From the NCBI GenBank assembly GCA_000934665.2, contig KZ538648.1, forward strand, positions 1 through 64,000: a stretch of 64,000 bases of DNA. Reading direction: 5' to 3'. The translations under genes and the position numbers were made by a program. Positions 59,611-64,000 of this stretch are shown piece by piece (the first letter of the stretch is position 1; each line of letters opens with the position of its first letter). Source of the DNA: Catajapyx aquilonaris (taxonomy: Eukaryota). A model generated the notes under the pieces. It saw only the letters and a list, made by a program, of their open reading frames with translations. It ran no database searches and was not told where the DNA came from.

Positions 59611-62310
59611 TAGCTTCGAAAAGATGAGTTTTCAACGTCCCCATAGCTTATTGAGCGCAAATCTGTGTGGACTTGACTGTTTGTGATCTCACAATCAGAC
59701 CCCTCAAAAGTTCAATAATTTTTTAAACTGGTTAGTGACACGTTTACCTGTAGAGCCATAAATTGCAGTGGAGCTTCAATTGCGCATAAATAACTGTTAT
59801 TGTATAAATCTGAATCGCAGCTCAATCCAGCTCTTGGTTCAAATTGGCTATTAATCTGGCCAGAAGGCTCGCCATATAAATGAACAAAAAAGTATCTCAG
59901 TCTAGGAGGTTGATTAATTTTTTTTTCTCTGTTGTTTCGTGCGTGTGTTATATGTTCTGGATGCTCAATGACCCCGAACAAGCAAGCTGCTACCAAAGCA
60001 AAAAACCACAAGGGGGGGGGGGGGTCAAATTGAGGCGTCAAAGAATGGCTTCATACGCTGGGTATACTCTATACAACCGTCGTTTTTTTTTCAAAAGGTT
60101 TCTATTTGTGAAGTTCCGTGTGTATATATTCGCGCACACAAAAGTCGCCGGCTCTTTTTTTCCGTCTCTCCGTGTGTCTCTTGTTGGAGTCGGTAAAAGG
60201 TCATGCTGAAATGAGCAAGCCAGCAGTCTGGGATATTCCAAAATGATTCTTCAGTCAATCGGAAAGAGGCAGGAAATGGCAATGGAAATCTAATGGGCGT
60301 GACAATTAGTTCCAGTTTAGATGTCAGGCTTTTGTTTTGCTGTCTTGTCCCTTTGTCTAGCTGTTCCTTGCTCTGTTAAGTGTGTGCAACTGTTCAAAAC
60401 AGCACAAACTAGGCCAATCACCGAAATACTGAGCTCATAGTGCTCAAAACAGCAACGAATGGATTTATGTAATTTTTTTTTAGCTTTCGTTCCAACGAGC
60501 GTCCCATTTTTTCTTTCCGCAAATGCAGGCTTACTTGAAGTAATGCCCCGCGATATTCTTAACACAGGCTGAGCAGGATCCTTCCTAGGAGCATTTCATT
60601 TGTATAACTGCCAGCTGCACCAGAAACCGCAGGCAAAGACCCAAACCCTCTCTGGAGTCTACATGCAAAAAAAAGAGGAAAGGAGAAAGCATCGTTTATG
60701 GGCGGCGTCCCCGAAACAGATGCAGAAATAAGGCATCCTGAGTGCATATAAAGCGAGGGAATATTGTGGGGAAGAGGAAGTGGATGTAAATCCGGGGCAC
60801 TAAAGAGCAATGCAGAGGGTCGTAGCCAGACTGAGGACACAGGGTGGCTAATAAACAGGAAGATTGTCGCCTCCTTGGCGATGCGACGCCAGCCAGGTTT
60901 TATTAGCTTCATTTCCAAGTCGGATGGGAGCGTTAAAGAGGCGGCGGCAGGTGCGGCCTCGCTTCAGCCCTCCAGATGGAAAGGAGATAGAGGTGATGAT
61001 GGGCCCCGGGGCCACCTGCCCCTGGGCCTAGGGTCAAACGAGCCCCTCTTTCCCATCTCCACAAAAAAAAACCTTTTGAAGGACTACTTGTTGCAGCCCC
61101 CGAAAAAAAAAAAACCTCTCAACTTTTGACAACGACCCCGGACGCTTTCAAGCTGGGGCTTAAGAGGACACGATTTGCTATCATGCCATGGAATGTTGCT
61201 ATTTCGCTTCGAGGGCACCTGAGACCCAGGGCACAATGGAAGCCGACTCTCCCCACAAAAAAATGGGTCCAATCAATGGAACCTGACTTTGCACCTGGAT
61301 ACATTTGCCGAGAAGTTATCTATCGGCTGGCACATAAGTCCTGTAGTACTCAGGAAAAAAGTCACATCTGCACTTCATGGCTTCCCCTGCCAACAGCGGT
61401 CAGCTGCTAGTTCTAGCATAAAAATTAATCCCGATTCGAGACAGTTATGGGCAACTTTACCATGGCGCCAACCTTTTGTCAAAGGCTACCAGGAATATGA
61501 AAAAAATAATATATTTCAAAAGCAAGGGCTAAAATTGCATGACAAAGGCCTGCTTTTGTGGCTTGCCTTTTCTCTCTTCCTGGCCTGCACTTTCATTTTA
61601 TATACATATACGAGCGTGTACTGGAAAAGCTCCGCCATTGCACTTTGTTGCAAAGCATTAGCATACTGTACTTATCAGACGCACATTCACGTGATTATGT
61701 GTCCAGCGCCGGGGCCCTCTGCACTTCATAAAATATGTCCGCTTTTGTAATATTTAGTGGCCCTACTGGAAAAGGTGGGGTCTCAATGGGCTCCATTGCC
61801 GATTCCAGTTAACCATTGGCCGCTCGGTAATAAAAATACATAATAATGTTGTATAGAGAGAAAATCCGGGTTTTGAAAAGGGCGGCCCCCGCAGGTAAAT
61901 GTGATGTTCAGTAATTTTTTGAGTGCAAATTACGCAATGAATCGTTAATATTTCGAAGGTTATTCGAATCGCAGGTTACACACCATGCGTTTCAAAAGTT
62001 AATCTCAATTTTGCATCGATGGCTTCAAGTTTGGCCTATACCGGTAATTATAAACACATACCGTACTCTACAATTTTTTTTTCTAAATTAGCGGGGTCAA
62101 ATTGCAAATATTCCAGATTATCTAATTTTAATATCATGTTGCTCCTTCTCAGTGCAAAGCCTACTTACAGTGCATCCTGTAGGCTATCAAAAGCTGCGTA
62201 GGACAGGTTCCACTGTACTCAGTTATTCAAACAAAAACCTAAGCAGTACTTTCAGTAACTGATCACAAATTATTATTAACATAAACCACGAAAATTAAAC
62301 GATTACATAA

Positions 62311-62410
62311 ATCCAAAATGGCGGCTTTGACGTCATCAATTCAATGTGGCAATCCCTGACGTCATCAATCCAAGATGGCTTCCGATGACGTCACGAATCC
62401 AATATGGCTT
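62311..62410 (+). promoter_or_regulatory. Short tandem array (about 29-bp period) containing three TGACGTCA palindromes and CCAA(A/G/T)ATGGC motifs
   Basis: TGACGTCA at 62328, 62357 and 62386; ATCCAAAATGGC, ATCCAAGATGGC and ATCCAATATGGC. Function is not shown, and the array may be TE-derived. Confidence 0.4.
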
Positions 62411-63300
62411 CTTTTTCACATCACCTTTTTGTTGCCAAGTTTGCTCCGCAACATGGACCAAGCAGCCTTTTATTCGCTAACGAGCCGCCTTCTTTGGCAA
62501 ACTGTTTCCCTGGCAGTAATGAAATCAGTGGTTTCCCGACCGCAGCATCATCCGCAGGGTTCTGCGTGTGATGTAATGGCTTCCCCCTCCCCCAACTCCT
62601 ATCAGGGGCTAGCAACAACCCATGGCGCGCACTTTATAACGTCTACTATACACCCCGCACGTACGATGCGCCATTAGCGGCTACGGGGGCCTTCATTAAT
62701 TTTAAGCTGCGGATTGGACATTAGGCTTTCCTCGCAGGATGTAATGGTTATATCTTGTACAGCCGCGAAAGAAAAAAAAGCACACCTCATTTTTTTAAAA
62801 AAATACAGTATTTTCCACCCTGTAGCATCGCCAAGGTTTGCAAAAATCTTTGGTTGCAAAAAAAAAAAGAAGTGATGGCGGTGCTTGAGGCTAGCTTGGG
62901 AGTTTTCCGATTGCAGCATGTATACCCTCAGCACATCCAACTACTTTTCTTCTTCTTCTTCTTCTTCTTCTTTGAGGAGTTACCACTTTTGACTTGGAGT
63001 AAGAGGGAGGGTGGGGAGGTTTAGGAATAGCCCGCAGACTTGCTGGAGACAAGCAGGAAATGGCAAAACGCGATGAGTTGAGTACTTAGTGCCTTGCAGC
63101 CCTTTCGTTTTCCGGCGCCTAAACTGCGAGTCCAATCGGACTGTTGCTGGCAGCATCTATGCAGAAACCGGGTCCACTTTTTTCGCGTGCAAAAAAAAGG
63201 AAAGGAAAAAGGAAAAGTTTTCAGGCGGGGGCGGGTATAGTTGCGGAGTTTGGAGCCCTAATTATAACGCAGAAAATTGCAACCGGACAAAAGTGCGATA

Positions 63301-63412
63301 GATCCTCTGTTTGTCCGGAGTGAGTCATCACCGCTCAGCTATAATAGTACAACTACCAGCCACGTGGCAGCACTGTGCAGAGAGGTTGAATGCGCCATCT
63401 ATGTGACGTATG
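63301..63412 (+). mobile_element. Helitron family E-related short copy
   Basis: A|TCCTCTGTTTGTCCGGAGTGAGTCATCACC...TGTGCAGAGAGGTTGAATGCGCCATCTATG. Confidence 0.65.
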
Positions 63413-63927
63413 GGGTTGCATAATTTGCTGCGGCAAAAACGGGCCTTTCGTCACCTCCAAGGTGGCCAACCGCAGCAAATTATCTCCGCCCCCCCCCCCC
63501 TTCGAAAAAGTCGATAAGGAAACTTTTAGCAAAGTCTGAACTGGATGGAGGTGGTGGTGCGAGGGGGGCGGCCCAACAGCACATCCAATTCGGAATGCAA
63601 ATGGCAGCCCGGCTCAAAAGGAAGGGGGTAATTAACTGTTGCTCTCTGATTCACCCCCAGAGGATAACCAGACCCCGGATTCCGTCTCTTCCGTGTCAAG
63701 ATTAGAATTAGCTCTCTCTAAACGGCCCAAAGTGATAAGAATATAATTAGTCGCACCCCCCCGCAACAAACAGCAACCGCATCTAGGTAGAACCCATCCC
63801 AGTGGAAGAAAATCCAATAAAATCTGGATTGCATTCTTTCCAAGTAATTACACCTGGTGCAAGTTGGACTTCCTTGCACAATCCACATCAAAAGAATTAC
63901 CTTAGGGTAAGAGCTAGAGCAGAAGCA

Positions 63928-64000
63928 TAACCTAACCTAACCTAACCTAACCTAACCTAACCTAACCTATCCTAACCTGACTTAACCTTACCTAACCCTA
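63928..64000 (-). repeat. (CCTAA)n telomere-type repeat running off the window end
   Basis: TAACCTAACCTAACC..., degenerating toward 64000. Confidence 0.9.

Noticed and set aside
63928..64000. True chromosome end
   Set aside because: A right-hand telomere would read TTAGG on this strand. The run reads CCTAA and degenerates, so it is interstitial.

Overview
This is a 64-kb eukaryotic, almost certainly non-coding window (large intron or intergenic tract). Interstitial (TTAGG)n/(CCTAA)n arrays point to an arthropod. No ORF in the track resembles a protein I recognise, and no autonomous transposase or reverse transcriptase is visible. The interpretable content is a dense, often nested set of short non-autonomous elements, with family letters that are my own labels. 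These are: TA-flanked palindromic MITEs; a P-like MITE with a 7-bp TSD; a MULE-like MITE with a 9-bp TSD; two Helitron families; DINE-1/Helentron-like elements; two copies of a tRNA-derived SINE; degenerate satellite fields; and two N gaps. The most striking observation concerns the two SINE copies (19435-19714 and 23618-23886). Both sit at the same nucleotide position and in the same relative orientation inside copies of one MITE family (A). Each has a 16-bp TSD that matches its own local variant of the MITE, and empty target sites exist elsewhere in the window. This suggests a sequence-specific SINE/LINE system that targets a MITE. All alignments were made by eye, so boundaries of degenerate elements are approximate.
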